Position numbers and translations under genes: made by a program. The notes beneath the pieces were generated by a model. It ran no database searches. It had not been told where the DNA came from and worked only from the letters and a program-made list of their open reading frames with translations. Below are positions 27,093 through 37,800 of a stretch of DNA of 64,000 nt, piece by piece (position 1 is the stretch's first letter; each line of letters begins with the position of its first letter). Location: IMG/VR virus record IMGVR_UViG_3300034104_005687, positions 62,001 through 126,000 of that record; one strand, 5' to 3'.

Positions 27093-27118
27093 ATCGGACT
27101 TCTTTAAGGAGAAAACAA

Positions 27119-27823
27119 ATGGGTCGTCCTCTAAAAATTAAAAAATCTACTACCAGTGACATCGGTTTCAATCCGTTTAGCGCACTGACCAATCCAATTT
27201 ATCCCAGCGATCCTACCACATTTGATGGTACAGAGTATCTGGGTGTTGTGGGTGGTGCCAATGCTAGCGTAGCTACTGCTGCGTTTCCTGTGGTCAAATG
27301 CCGTGCATTTATTGTAGGCACAGCATCTGAAGCTGATGCATACATCATCACACAAAAAGGCACTACCAAGTATCAAGTGGCCACTGTCACAGCGGTCAAC
27401 GACGAAGACATGGTTGTAGGTCAAGCATATCGTATTTTGAGTGTGGGTACCACTGACTGGGCAGCATGCGGAGCCAGCGATTCAAATGCAGCAGTTGGTG
27501 ATGTATTCACTGCAACTGCAGCGGGTGCAGGCACAGGTACTGTGCAAAACGTAGGTACATGTGTGTTGGCCAACGAAGCTGACACAGCACTCACTGTAGG
27601 CAACATGAACATCACATTCAGCACAGGCGACAGTACTGCACAGTTGATCAGCAAGCTGACCAACAAGTTTGCTCTGGACTACAGCACACCCCCGGTTCGT
27701 TATTTGACCAACTTCTTCAGCGACGAAGGCTATGAAGTCAAGTCAGGTACTACAGGTGCTGCCAACGTAAGTGGACAACAAAACCGCGTGAGTTTGGCAA
27801 TTGTAGAGAACTTTACTTCGTAA
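27119..27823 (+). CDS. Putative virion structural protein
   Basis: 234 aa Thr/Ala/Gly-rich, late promoter and strong RBS. Confidence 0.6.
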   Translation: MGRPLKIKKSTTSDIGFNPFSALTNPIYPSDPTTFDGTEYLGVVGGANASVATAAFPVVKCRAFIVGTASEADAYIITQKGTTKYQVATVTAVNDEDMVVGQAYRILSVGTTDWAACGASDSNAAVGDVFTATAAGAGTGTVQNVGTCVLANEADTALTVGNMNITFSTGDSTAQLISKLTNKFALDYSTPPVRYLTNFFSDEGYEVKSGTTGAANVSGQQNRVSLAIVENFTS

Positions 27824-27838
27824 TATCTACTAATCCTG

Positions 27839-27871
27839 AATCCTCTCAGATACATACTGGGAGGATTTTTT
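27839..27871 (+). terminator. Terminator-like hairpin that also sequesters the next RBS
   Basis: AATCCTCTCAG-ATACATA-CTGGGAGGATT then TTTT and ATG 27872. Confidence 0.65.
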
Positions 27872-28459
27872 ATGAGCAGAGCATTTGTATTGGGCAATGG
27901 CGTAAGCCGACAGCAGGTAGATCTAAACACTCTACGACATCTGGGACAAATCTACGGGTGCAATGCCTTGTACAGAGATTTTGTGCCTGATGTATTGGTC
28001 AGCACAGACACTCCTATCAGCACAGCAATACAACAATCAGGATATTCTGCTCAACACAGAATGTACACTCGCAAGCCTATTCCTGGCCTGGGTGCACAAC
28101 AAGTTCCACAACGTTACTACGGCTACAGTTCTGGACCTATCGCAGTGGGTATAGCAGCCCGAGACCAAAATGTTGCTGTGTACCTAGTGGGGTTTGACAT
28201 GGGTCCCAAAGATCATAATCAATTCAACAATGTGTATGCTGACACAGAATTCTACAAAAAAAGCTCAGCACGCCCGACCTACGCAGGCAACTGGGCTCGA
28301 CAGTTGGCACAAATAATGCAAGATTTCCCCAAAACAAACTTTTTTAGAGTGCAAGGAGAAACCACCGCAGACATACTGGAACTCAATGGTGTGCCCAACC
28401 TTGCGACCATGCCAATGGCAGACTTTCTAAACCGCATAAATAACACAAAGGATCTGTAA
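27872..28459 (+). CDS. Maf/MptE/CstII-like (DUF115-type) putative glycosyltransferase-fold protein
   Basis: AFVLGNG.SR, YGCNALYRDF.PD, SSG..A, VYLVGFD motifs. Confidence 0.55.
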   Translation: MSRAFVLGNGVSRQQVDLNTLRHLGQIYGCNALYRDFVPDVLVSTDTPISTAIQQSGYSAQHRMYTRKPIPGLGAQQVPQRYYGYSSGPIAVGIAARDQNVAVYLVGFDMGPKDHNQFNNVYADTEFYKKSSARPTYAGNWARQLAQIMQDFPKTNFFRVQGETTADILELNGVPNLATMPMADFLNRINNTKDL

Positions 28460-31400
28460 ATGTCTACCTACAAGCGTGCCACCGGTAATATTGTTTTTGA
28501 AACCCTGACTGCTAACTCTTCGGTTTCGTTCATTGGCCCCACAGCCAATGCAGTGTCAGTGGTTATCAACGGCGATCTGAGTGTGAGTGGCAATGCTAGC
28601 TTGACCGGTAACATTGCTGGTGACAAAATATTCAACGGCACAACATCCATTGAAATTCAACAGGCCAACGGCAATGCCAATATCAGTGTGGGTGGTGTCA
28701 GCAATGTGATGGTGATTGCTCCTGATGGTATAAGTGTGGCTGGAAATGCCAACGTAACAGGAAACGCAGTCATTGGCAATCTACAGGTCAACGGGGTTAT
28801 TGCGGGCAACGTTTCTTTTGGAAATTTAAATACCACAGGTAATGTTTCAATTACCAGAGACGCCAGCCTTGGCCAGCCCACGTTTAGATTCAACGATACA
28901 GATACCACAATCACCACAAACACGGTGTTAGGTGCTGTGGAATGGTTTACCAGCGATACTGCACCTGGAGCAAGAGTAACAACAGCAGTTAGATCCATTG
29001 CAACCAGTGCCACTGGAAATGCAAGATATGAAGTTTTGACGTCCACAGATGGTGCAGCAGCCACTGCAAAATTTGCAATTGACGATGTAGGCAATGTTGG
29101 TGTTGCCAACACAGCCCCATTGCATACATTTGCAGTTTCTGGCAACACATATGTCAGTGGTACTGCCACAGTTATTGGCAACGTCACTGGTGGTAATTTT
29201 ATTACTGCAGGGCTAGTAAGTGCCACTGGAAACATTACAAGTGCAGCAAATATTGCTGGTGGTAATTTGGCAATTACTGCCAACGTTGTGGCCAACAATC
29301 TTTCTGCAACCACAGGGATCAGTGCCGGTGCCGGCGGAGTAACTGCCACAGGAAACATCCGTGGTGGAAATTTGGTCAGCGACGGTGTTATTAGTGCTAC
29401 AGGTAACTTAACTACCACTGACATATTTGCTACTACAGTGAGTGCTTCTGGCAACATAACAGGAGCCAACCTCAATGTAGGAGGTGTGGCCAACACAAAT
29501 TCTGTAACTGCTGTGACCACAGTATCAGCAGGCGGAAACGTCACAGGTGGCAATATCAACACAGGTGGCCAAGTCAGTGCAATTGGTAACGTCATAGGTG
29601 CCAATGTTAATTCAACTGGATTAGTTGTTGCAGCAGGCAACGTTGTTGCAGGATCATTTTTTGTTGGCGATGGCGGATTTTTGTCAAACATCACTATTGC
29701 TGCCAATGTGGCAGTGACTCAGTTGGCCAACGGTACTTCAAACTGGACTATTCGTGGCTCAGGTGGCAACATCACTGGTGACGTAGCTGGAACTTCCAAC
29801 GTGGTAATTATTACCACTAACACAATGACTGTGACAGGATTAGTGTCAGTCACAGGCAATGTCACTGGTGGCAACATTACCACTGCAGGCTTGGTCAGCG
29901 CCACAGGCAACATCGACGGTGGTAACGTCAATGCTACCATTGGCAATTTCAACACTGTAATTGGTGTGGCCAACGCCAGCAATTTGACCACAGGCACAGT
30001 GCCCAGCGACCGACTAACTGGCATATATACCATCAACATTTCAGGATATTCTGCCACAGTCAGTGCCGCTGCCCAACCTAATATTACGTCTTTGGGCACG
30101 TTGAGTGCGTTGAGCGTAGCTGGCAATATCACCGGCGGCCTTGTGAGTGCATCTGGCAATATTACAGGTGGCAACTTGTTAACAGGTGGGTTGATTTCGG
30201 CAACTGGCAACATCACGGGTGGTAATTTGTTAGCTGCTGGATTGAGTTTGAGCGGTAATGTGTTGGGTAATTTATTGCCCAGTGCCAACGTCACTTATGA
30301 CTTGGGCAGTGCTACACAAGCCTGGCGAGATTTGTATCTATCAGGTAACAGTATTAAATTGGGCAGTGCAACATTAACTGCCTCAGGCACAGGTCTTAGC
30401 ATGGGCACTGGCAACGTCACCGGTGGCAACTTAACCACCACAGGTATTACATCAACTGCATCATTGACTGCGTCTACCACAATCAGTGCCACTGGCAACA
30501 TCACAGGTGGCAACATCAACACTGGTGGCCTGGTCAGTGCAACAGGCAACATCACTGGTGGTAACTTAATCACCGCAGGATTGATCACTGCCACAGGCAA
30601 CGTGACTGGGAATTACATTCTGGGCAATGGTGCGCTGCTGACTGGAGTTATCACATCTGTGGCCAACATCAACTTTGGCACCAGTAACGTAACTGTGCTC
30701 AGTTCAGGCGGCAATATATCTGTTGGAGTTGGCGGAACACCAAACGTTGTAGTATGGGCAACTACTGGACAGTACACCACAGGTTTGATCAGCGCCACTG
30801 GAAATATACAAACAAGTGGACAATTTATTGGATCTGGTGCAGGACTTACGTCAATACCAGGAGCCAACGTCACAGGTACCGTGCCCAACGCGGCCAACGC
30901 AACCAACGCAACCAACGCAACAAGTGCAACCACTGCAGGTACAGTGACTACCGCAGCGCAGCCCAATATCACAAGTGTGGGTACATTAACATCGTTGAGT
31001 TCAAGTGGCAATATCACTGGCGCAAACATCAACGGCAACGGCTCTGGACTCAGCAGTATTACAGGCGCTAATGTCACAGGTACCGTGGCCAATGCCACAT
31101 TTGCAGTCAGTGCTGGTAGTGCTACTTCAGCTACTACAGCAGGTACTGTGACCTCTGCTGCACAGCCCAATATCACATCAGTTGGCACGTTGAGCGCACT
31201 CAGCGTATCTGGCAACATCACTGGTGGTAATTTGATCACTGCAGGTTTAGTAAGTCTAAGCAGCATTACCAAAACTGGTACCAACGGAGTAGGCAACATT
31301 GGTGCAGCAGGTTCGGCATTTGACACTGTATTTGCTAGAGCAACATCAGCTCTGTATGCTGACTTGGCTGAAAAATTCCTAGCAGATCAACCTTATCAGC

Positions 31401-31729
31401 CTGGCACTGTGCTGATATTTGGCGGCAACAAAGAAGTGACTATTTCAACTACAGATGCAGATCATAGAGTTGCAGGGGTAGTTTCAACTGATCCTAGCTA
31501 CTTGATGAACTCAGGACTCACAGGCGATTATGCTGTGAAACTGGCATTGCAAGGACGAGTACCGTGCAAGGTGTTTGGTCCTGTGGAAAAAGGTGATCTG
31601 CTGGTGTCGGCCGCAGACGGGCATGCTCGAGCAGTCAAGAGTGCATCTGCTGGCACAATCATTGGCAAGAGCCTACAGAACTTCAGTGGCGCAACTGGCA
31701 CCATTGAAATAGTGGTTGGCAGAGACTGA
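28460..31729 (+). CDS. Tail fibre-like protein with C-terminal YADLAE chaperone/autoproteolytic-type domain
   Basis: GN(I/V)TGGN repeats, QPNITSVG modules, C-terminal YADLAE...GVVST.P..LMN...GRVP.KV...KGDLLV. Confidence 0.8.
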   Translation: MSTYKRATGNIVFETLTANSSVSFIGPTANAVSVVINGDLSVSGNASLTGNIAGDKIFNGTTSIEIQQANGNANISVGGVSNVMVIAPDGISVAGNANVTGNAVIGNLQVNGVIAGNVSFGNLNTTGNVSITRDASLGQPTFRFNDTDTTITTNTVLGAVEWFTSDTAPGARVTTAVRSIATSATGNARYEVLTSTDGAAATAKFAIDDVGNVGVANTAPLHTFAVSGNTYVSGTATVIGNVTGGNFITAGLVSATGNITSAANIAGGNLAITANVVANNLSATTGISAGAGGVTATGNIRGGNLVSDGVISATGNLTTTDIFATTVSASGNITGANLNVGGVANTNSVTAVTTVSAGGNVTGGNINTGGQVSAIGNVIGANVNSTGLVVAAGNVVAGSFFVGDGGFLSNITIAANVAVTQLANGTSNWTIRGSGGNITGDVAGTSNVVIITTNTMTVTGLVSVTGNVTGGNITTAGLVSATGNIDGGNVNATIGNFNTVIGVANASNLTTGTVPSDRLTGIYTINISGYSATVSAAAQPNITSLGTLSALSVAGNITGGLVSASGNITGGNLLTGGLISATGNITGGNLLAAGLSLSGNVLGNLLPSANVTYDLGSATQAWRDLYLSGNSIKLGSATLTASGTGLSMGTGNVTGGNLTTTGITSTASLTASTTISATGNITGGNINTGGLVSATGNITGGNLITAGLITATGNVTGNYILGNGALLTGVITSVANINFGTSNVTVLSSGGNISVGVGGTPNVVVWATTGQYTTGLISATGNIQTSGQFIGSGAGLTSIPGANVTGTVPNAANATNATNATSATTAGTVTTAAQPNITSVGTLTSLSSSGNITGANINGNGSGLSSITGANVTGTVANATFAVSAGSATSATTAGTVTSAAQPNITSVGTLSALSVSGNITGGNLITAGLVSLSSITKTGTNGVGNIGAAGSAFDTVFARATSALYADLAEKFLADQPYQPGTVLIFGGNKEVTISTTDADHRVAGVVSTDPSYLMNSGLTGDYAVKLALQGRVPCKVFGPVEKGDLLVSAADGHARAVKSASAGTIIGKSLQNFSGATGTIEIVVGRD

Positions 31730-31747
31730 TATCCAAGAAATTTAAAG

Positions 31748-31780
31748 CAAGTCTTCTGGTAAATACAACTAGAGGACTTG
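31748..31780 (+). promoter_or_regulatory. Late promoter inside an RBS-sequestering hairpin
   Basis: CAAGTCTTCTGGT-AAATACA-ACTAGAGGACTTG; TAAATA 31760-31765 in loop, GAGGA in 3' arm. Confidence 0.65.
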
Positions 31781-31787
31781 TATACCT

Positions 31788-33320
31788 ATGGCACAACAAA
31801 TAATCGACACCGGCGCAGCAGCAAACGATGGAACTGGGGAGCCGTTGCGTCAGGCGTTTACGGATGTAAACAATAACTTTACACAAATTTGGACAGCAGG
31901 TCCTGTGGGCAGCAATGTTCGGATATCCAACAATGTTATTTCTACCACTGGACTGAATCAGAATCTGATCATAGAAGCCAATGGTATTGGCACAGTAAAC
32001 TTTGAAAGCACTGTGCTGCCAGGTATCAATTCAGTGTACGACCTTGGTAGTCCTTCTGCACAATTTGACACCATTTATGGGCAGTACTTTGTGGGCAATG
32101 GCGCATTGCTGACCGGCATTACTGCAGATTCAGGCAGCTTTATTGTCAACGGCACATCCAACGTGGCCATCCCGCAGTTGAATGGCAACGTGGTTATCAC
32201 TATTGGTGGCAACAGCAACACTGTGGTAATCGGCCAAACTGCTGCTACATTTGCTGGTAGTTTGTTGCCATCCGCAAATTCTCAATACAATTTGGGCAAT
32301 GTTGATCGTCAATGGAACAACTTGTTTGCTGGCACAATCAATGCCAGTGGCGAGATAAACGCCAATGGAGCAATTACCGGTAGTTCTACTCTGAGCGTGA
32401 CTGGGGCTATTACTTCAAGTGCCAACATATCAGGTACCAACTTTTTGGGCAATGGTAGATTCCTGACCGGCGTTTTGTCGACCAACGGTGGCAATTTGAC
32501 TTTTAGTGCAACACCTCCTACTGAAAACGTGTTGCAAGGTGATATTTGGATTGACAGTAATTCTGCAGTTCAATACATCTACTTCAATGATAACATAGGC
32601 AATGTTTGGGCTGAGATGGAAGCATACCAATCTTTCAGTGATGGAGGGTCTGGTGGTGCTACAGATTTGACAGCAGTTTCATCCAACATTGTTCCAGTCA
32701 ACAGCAATACTTACAGCATTGGTACTTCGAGTAGCCAGTGGAAAGATTTATATGTTGGCACCGGCAATGTTTATATTGGTAATCAACGGTTGTCAACCAG
32801 CGGAAGTGTACTGCAATTCAATGGTGCCAATGTTGCAGTACAAAATACCAACCCAACATTTGCAACATTGTCAGTCACAGGCAATGTACAGTCAGCCAAC
32901 GTCAACACAGGTCGAGTCAGCGCATCAGGCAACGTCACAGCAGTTGGCAATATTCAAGGCAATTATTTCATTGGAAATGGTAGTTTGTTGACAGGTATAG
33001 CCGGTGGCGGCGGAGCATATCCTTCAGATCCCACATTCAATACTGTGACAGCCAACATTGTGTCCACTGCTAACTTGATATTTACAGGCGCAGGACCTGT
33101 GGTAATTGCCAGCGGCAACGATATCAATTTAAACACTGTGGGACAAGTTACTTTTAGCAATGTGGTCTCACTGCCCAGCAAAACCCGAGCACAACTAAAT
33201 GCGTTGGGTGGAATTGCTGTGGGGTCAATTGCATTTTGCAGTGATGCGTCAGGAGGTGCTTGCCCTGTATGGTACAATGGTACAGCCTGGCTCAAAATAT
33301 CTGGCAACGGTGCAATCTGA
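31788..33320 (+). CDS. Fibre/baseplate connector protein with gp9/gp10-like N-terminus
   Basis: IDTGAAANDGTGEPLRQAF..VN.NF motif; YDLGS/YNLG/YSIG knob-type repeats. Confidence 0.7.
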   Translation: MAQQIIDTGAAANDGTGEPLRQAFTDVNNNFTQIWTAGPVGSNVRISNNVISTTGLNQNLIIEANGIGTVNFESTVLPGINSVYDLGSPSAQFDTIYGQYFVGNGALLTGITADSGSFIVNGTSNVAIPQLNGNVVITIGGNSNTVVIGQTAATFAGSLLPSANSQYNLGNVDRQWNNLFAGTINASGEINANGAITGSSTLSVTGAITSSANISGTNFLGNGRFLTGVLSTNGGNLTFSATPPTENVLQGDIWIDSNSAVQYIYFNDNIGNVWAEMEAYQSFSDGGSGGATDLTAVSSNIVPVNSNTYSIGTSSSQWKDLYVGTGNVYIGNQRLSTSGSVLQFNGANVAVQNTNPTFATLSVTGNVQSANVNTGRVSASGNVTAVGNIQGNYFIGNGSLLTGIAGGGGAYPSDPTFNTVTANIVSTANLIFTGAGPVVIASGNDINLNTVGQVTFSNVVSLPSKTRAQLNALGGIAVGSIAFCSDASGGACPVWYNGTAWLKISGNGAI

Positions 33321-33322
33321 TC

Positions 33323-34840
33323 ATGAAAGAATATGTTGTAACTGTGCATGATCCCAATGTGTGGGATACAGGGCTCTGGCATGAACTCACAACCAATGGA
33401 CTGGGCGATAATTTTGTACCCACCAGAAATGTTGATGTGGTCAATGAACGCCCGTTCAACGAATACTGTGCTCATTTTTTGCTGTCAGATTCTGAAGCCA
33501 ATCAACTGCGCCAGGATCCTCGGATACTTGATGTTGAACTATCAGCTGAACAGAATCCCAATGTCAGCAAAGGATTTCATGCTCAGCGTCCTCCTCGTGA
33601 TTACAACAAAAGCAACACCACAACATCAGCAATGAAAAATTGGGGGCTGGTGCGGTGCAACACTCCTACCAACAATTTTGCCAACACATCAAACGTGTTG
33701 GAACCTTTCTATTACAATCTTGATGGCACAGGGGTTGATGTTGTAGTGGTTGATTCTGGAGTAGAAGCAGGCCATCCAGAATTTGCAGTCAACGACGACG
33801 GCACAGGTGGCACCAGAGTTGTAGATTTTGATTGGGCCAGTTTGGGAGTATCAGGCACACCAAGTTCAGCCAGCATTGGAGGATATCTAGGTGACAGCGA
33901 CGGTCACGGTACCAACTGTGCCAGTATTGCTGTGGGCAATACCTGTGGCTGGGCCAGTGGCGCAGCAATTTATTCTATTAGAATTTTTGCTGGCCCTAGC
34001 ATACAAACAGGTGCTTATCTTAACGCAATCAACAGTGATATTGCTTTTGATTTGGTTAGAGCGTTTCACTTGCAAAAAATAGCCAATGGCAATACTCGAC
34101 CCACAATCTGTACCAACAGTTGGGGCTGGAGAGGGCCTTACAGCTCAATGGTCTCTACCACTTGGCGTGGCACAAATTATTTTAGTTTTGCCCCAAACAG
34201 CACTTATGGTCAAGTCTTTCAAGTTTTTCCTGCTACCTATAGTTATATCACCGCCAGTGTACAGTCTTGTGCCGCTGCAGGTGTTATTTTAGTAGGTGCA
34301 GCTGGAAATTATCGACACAAAATTGATGTGCCTGGCGGCATTGACTACGATAATTTTTGGAGAGATAGTAGCGGAACCATCAACTACTACCATCGAGGTA
34401 GCAGTCCCACCAGTGCTCCGGCAATGATTTGTGTTGGCGCCATTGACAGCATATCAGAACAAAAAGTTTATTTTAGTGAAACAGGACCTAGAATTGATGT
34501 GTTTGCCCCGGGCAACCTAATCATGGGCGCATATGCCAACAGATCCTATGTTACCGCTGCAGTACGTGATCCTAGAAACTCCGCCTATTATTTGAACAAA
34601 GTGTCAGGTACCAGTCAGGCTTGCCCACAGGTAACTGGTGTGTTGGCCTGTGTATTGCAGGCACGGCCCAGAATGACGCCTGCAGAAGCCAAAAGTTTTA
34701 TTGCCAGCACCTCACAAAAAAACGCATTGGCCAATCCCACCACAGGCGGCTACAGCAACTTCAACAGTCTACAAGGTGCTGCCAATAGATATTTGTACAT
34801 GCCGTTCAACAGCGCAACACGGGGCAGTATGACCAGCTAA
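33323..34840 (+). CDS. Subtilisin-family (S8) serine protease
   Basis: Triad motifs VVVVDSG, HGTNCAS, SGTSQACP; oxyanion AAGN; ATG 33323. Confidence 0.92.
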   Translation: MKEYVVTVHDPNVWDTGLWHELTTNGLGDNFVPTRNVDVVNERPFNEYCAHFLLSDSEANQLRQDPRILDVELSAEQNPNVSKGFHAQRPPRDYNKSNTTTSAMKNWGLVRCNTPTNNFANTSNVLEPFYYNLDGTGVDVVVVDSGVEAGHPEFAVNDDGTGGTRVVDFDWASLGVSGTPSSASIGGYLGDSDGHGTNCASIAVGNTCGWASGAAIYSIRIFAGPSIQTGAYLNAINSDIAFDLVRAFHLQKIANGNTRPTICTNSWGWRGPYSSMVSTTWRGTNYFSFAPNSTYGQVFQVFPATYSYITASVQSCAAAGVILVGAAGNYRHKIDVPGGIDYDNFWRDSSGTINYYHRGSSPTSAPAMICVGAIDSISEQKVYFSETGPRIDVFAPGNLIMGAYANRSYVTAAVRDPRNSAYYLNKVSGTSQACPQVTGVLACVLQARPRMTPAEAKSFIASTSQKNALANPTTGGYSNFNSLQGAANRYLYMPFNSATRGSMTS

Positions 34841-34896
34841 TGGAGTCAAAACCAAAGCTTTGAAAAAAAATAAATATGTAAAACGGATTTAACCAT

Positions 34897-37800
34897 ATGC
34901 CATTGAACTTTCCACTTAACCCTGTACTGAACCAGTCCTACACATTTGCAGGCAAAACCTGGATATGGAATGGATCAGGTTGGGCACTAAAAACTCTTGG
35001 TGCTATCAACAACATACCAGTGGGCAATGTCACTCCCAGCACAGGTGGATTTACTGCATTAACAGCAACGTCTGTGTCAGCCACAGGCAACGTCACAGGT
35101 GGTAATGTAGTCACAGCTGGACAAGTCAGTGCAGGCGGAAATGTCACAGGTGGCAACGTAGTCACAGCTGGACAGGTCAGTGCAGGCGGAAATGTCACAG
35201 GTGGTAACGTAGTCACTGCTGGACGAGTCAGTGCCACCGGCAATGTGTCGGGTAATTTTATCTTGGGCAATGGTAGTTTGCTAACTGGCATAACAACCAC
35301 CTACGGCAATGCCAATGTGGCTGCATATTTGCCCACATATACAGGTAACTTAAATCCTGGCAATCTGGTAAGTTCAGGTGTGGTATCGGGTGCAAACTTG
35401 ATCACTACAGGACAAGTCAGTGCTGCTGGCAACGTCACTGGTCAATTCTTTATTGGTAATGGTAGTTTATTAACTGGAATTGCTACAAGTTATGGCAATG
35501 CCAATGTGGCTGCATATCTTCCTACATATACAGGCAACTTAAATCCAGGTAATTTAACCAGCAATGGTAATGTGTCAGGTGCAAACTTGATCACTGCAGG
35601 ACAAGTCAGTGCCACGGGCAATGTCACAGGTAATTTTATCTTGGGTAATGGTAGTTTGCTAACTGGCATAACAACCACCTACGGCAATGCCAACGTTGCT
35701 GCATACCTTCCTACATATACAGGCAACTTAAATCCTGGTAATTTAACCAGCAATGGCAATGTGTCAGGTGCAAACTTGATCACAGCAGGCCAGATTAGTG
35801 CTGCTGGCAACGTCACAGGCAACTACATTCTAGGCAATGGTGCCTTGTTAACCGGATTGCCTGCTACCTACGGCAATGCCAATGTGGCTGCATATTTGCC
35901 CACATATTCTGGCAATATTGGCGCAAACAACATAACCGCCACCGGATTGATCAGTACCACAGGCAATGTACAAGGCGCATTCATTCTTGGCGACGGCGGA
36001 TTTTTAACCAACGTCACAGTGAGCTCCAATGTTGCTGTAAGCCAAATCGCCAATGGTACCACAGTGTTGAGTGTAGCTGGGGCCAACGGTAATTTGGTCG
36101 CCACAGTAAATGGCGTCAGTAACGTGGCAGTGTTCACGCCCACAGGTGTTGAATTTGCCGGTAACTTGACGCCTGTAGCCAATGTCACTTACAACCTTGG
36201 TTCGCCAACTCGAGCATGGAACGACTTGTACCTAAGTGGTAACACCATTTATCTCAACGATTCCACTATCTCAGCCAACACAACAGCATTTACGCTGACC
36301 ACACCACTAGGCGGCACTGCTATTATTGAAGGTGGCGGCACTATTAAAGCGTACGGTAACTCCAACGTTGCTGAATATCTTCCAACTTACACTGGTAATC
36401 TAGCAAGTTTGCAAGGCAATGTTACGACCACGGCCAACATCAGTGGACAATATATTTTAGGCAATGGTGCATTTTTAACAGGCATTACAGCTGGAACCAG
36501 CTATGCCAATGCCAATGTTGCTGACTACTTGGCCAGTGGCACAGTAACATCAAATATCATTACATCTGGCAATATCTCAGGTGGCAACATAATTGGCAAC
36601 GGATCTGGATTAACATCAATAACTGGCGCCAATGTCACAGGTACAGTGGCCAACGCCACATTCGCTACATCAGCTGGATCAGCTACATCGGCTACCACTG
36701 CTGGAACAGTCACAACAAATGCACAACCCAACATAACATCAGTTGGTACATTGACTGCACTGAGTGTGGGCACTGGCAACATCACTGGTGGCAATTTGTT
36801 GTTGAGCGGTGCTATCATTGATTCAGCCCAGCTGGATCTACAAACTTCTGCTGCCAATGCCAACATTGTGTTGACACCCAATGGCACAGGCAATGTAAAT
36901 CTTGGTCGCATGAGTGCATCAGGCAACATTACTGCTTCAACATATTTTGGATCAGGTGCAGGCCTAACAAGTATTCCAGGTGCCAACATCACAGGTACAG
37001 TGGCCAACGCCACATTCGCTACATCAGCTGGATCAGCTACCACAGCAGGTACTGTGACCACAAATGCACAGCCCAATATCACAAGTGTTGGAACGTTGAC
37101 TGCACTCAGTGTCAGTGGCAACATTGTAAGTGGAGCTGGGGTAGGCGGAAATATCTCTGGTGCCAATGTTGTAACTGCCAACTTGTTTACTGGTACTTTG
37201 TCTACTGCGGCACAGCCCAACATAACATCTGTTGGTACTCTGACATCATTGAGCGTAACAGGTAATATCAATGGCGGCAATGTTAACTCAACATTCTTTG
37301 GCAACGGCGCTGGATTAACATCAATCACAGGTGCCAACGTCACAGGCACAGTGGCCAATGCCACATTTGCCACATCAGCTGGTACAGTAGCCGCAAATGC
37401 ACAGCCCAACATTACCAGTGTAGGCATACTGATCGACTTGAGTGCGTCGGGCAATGTCACTGCTGGTAACTTAACTGTTGGATCAGGCACTATAACCGGC
37501 GGCAATATCAATGGCGCAAATTTCAATGGTAATGTGGCATTTGGCGCTGGCACAATAGGAGGTTCTGGCAACATCAGCGGTGGTAACCTAAATGCCACAG
37601 GATTGATCAGTGCAACTGGCAACATCACCGGCAACAATATTTTTGGCAACATCCAGGGAACAACAGGAGATATACTCAATGTTACTAGTACAAACCTAAC
37701 AGTTACAAATATCTCTGCACCAAATCCTGGCAACGCTGTCAATATTGGTGCTGGCGGAAACAACAATCTCGTCGTAAGCAACGTGCTTGTACAGGTACAA

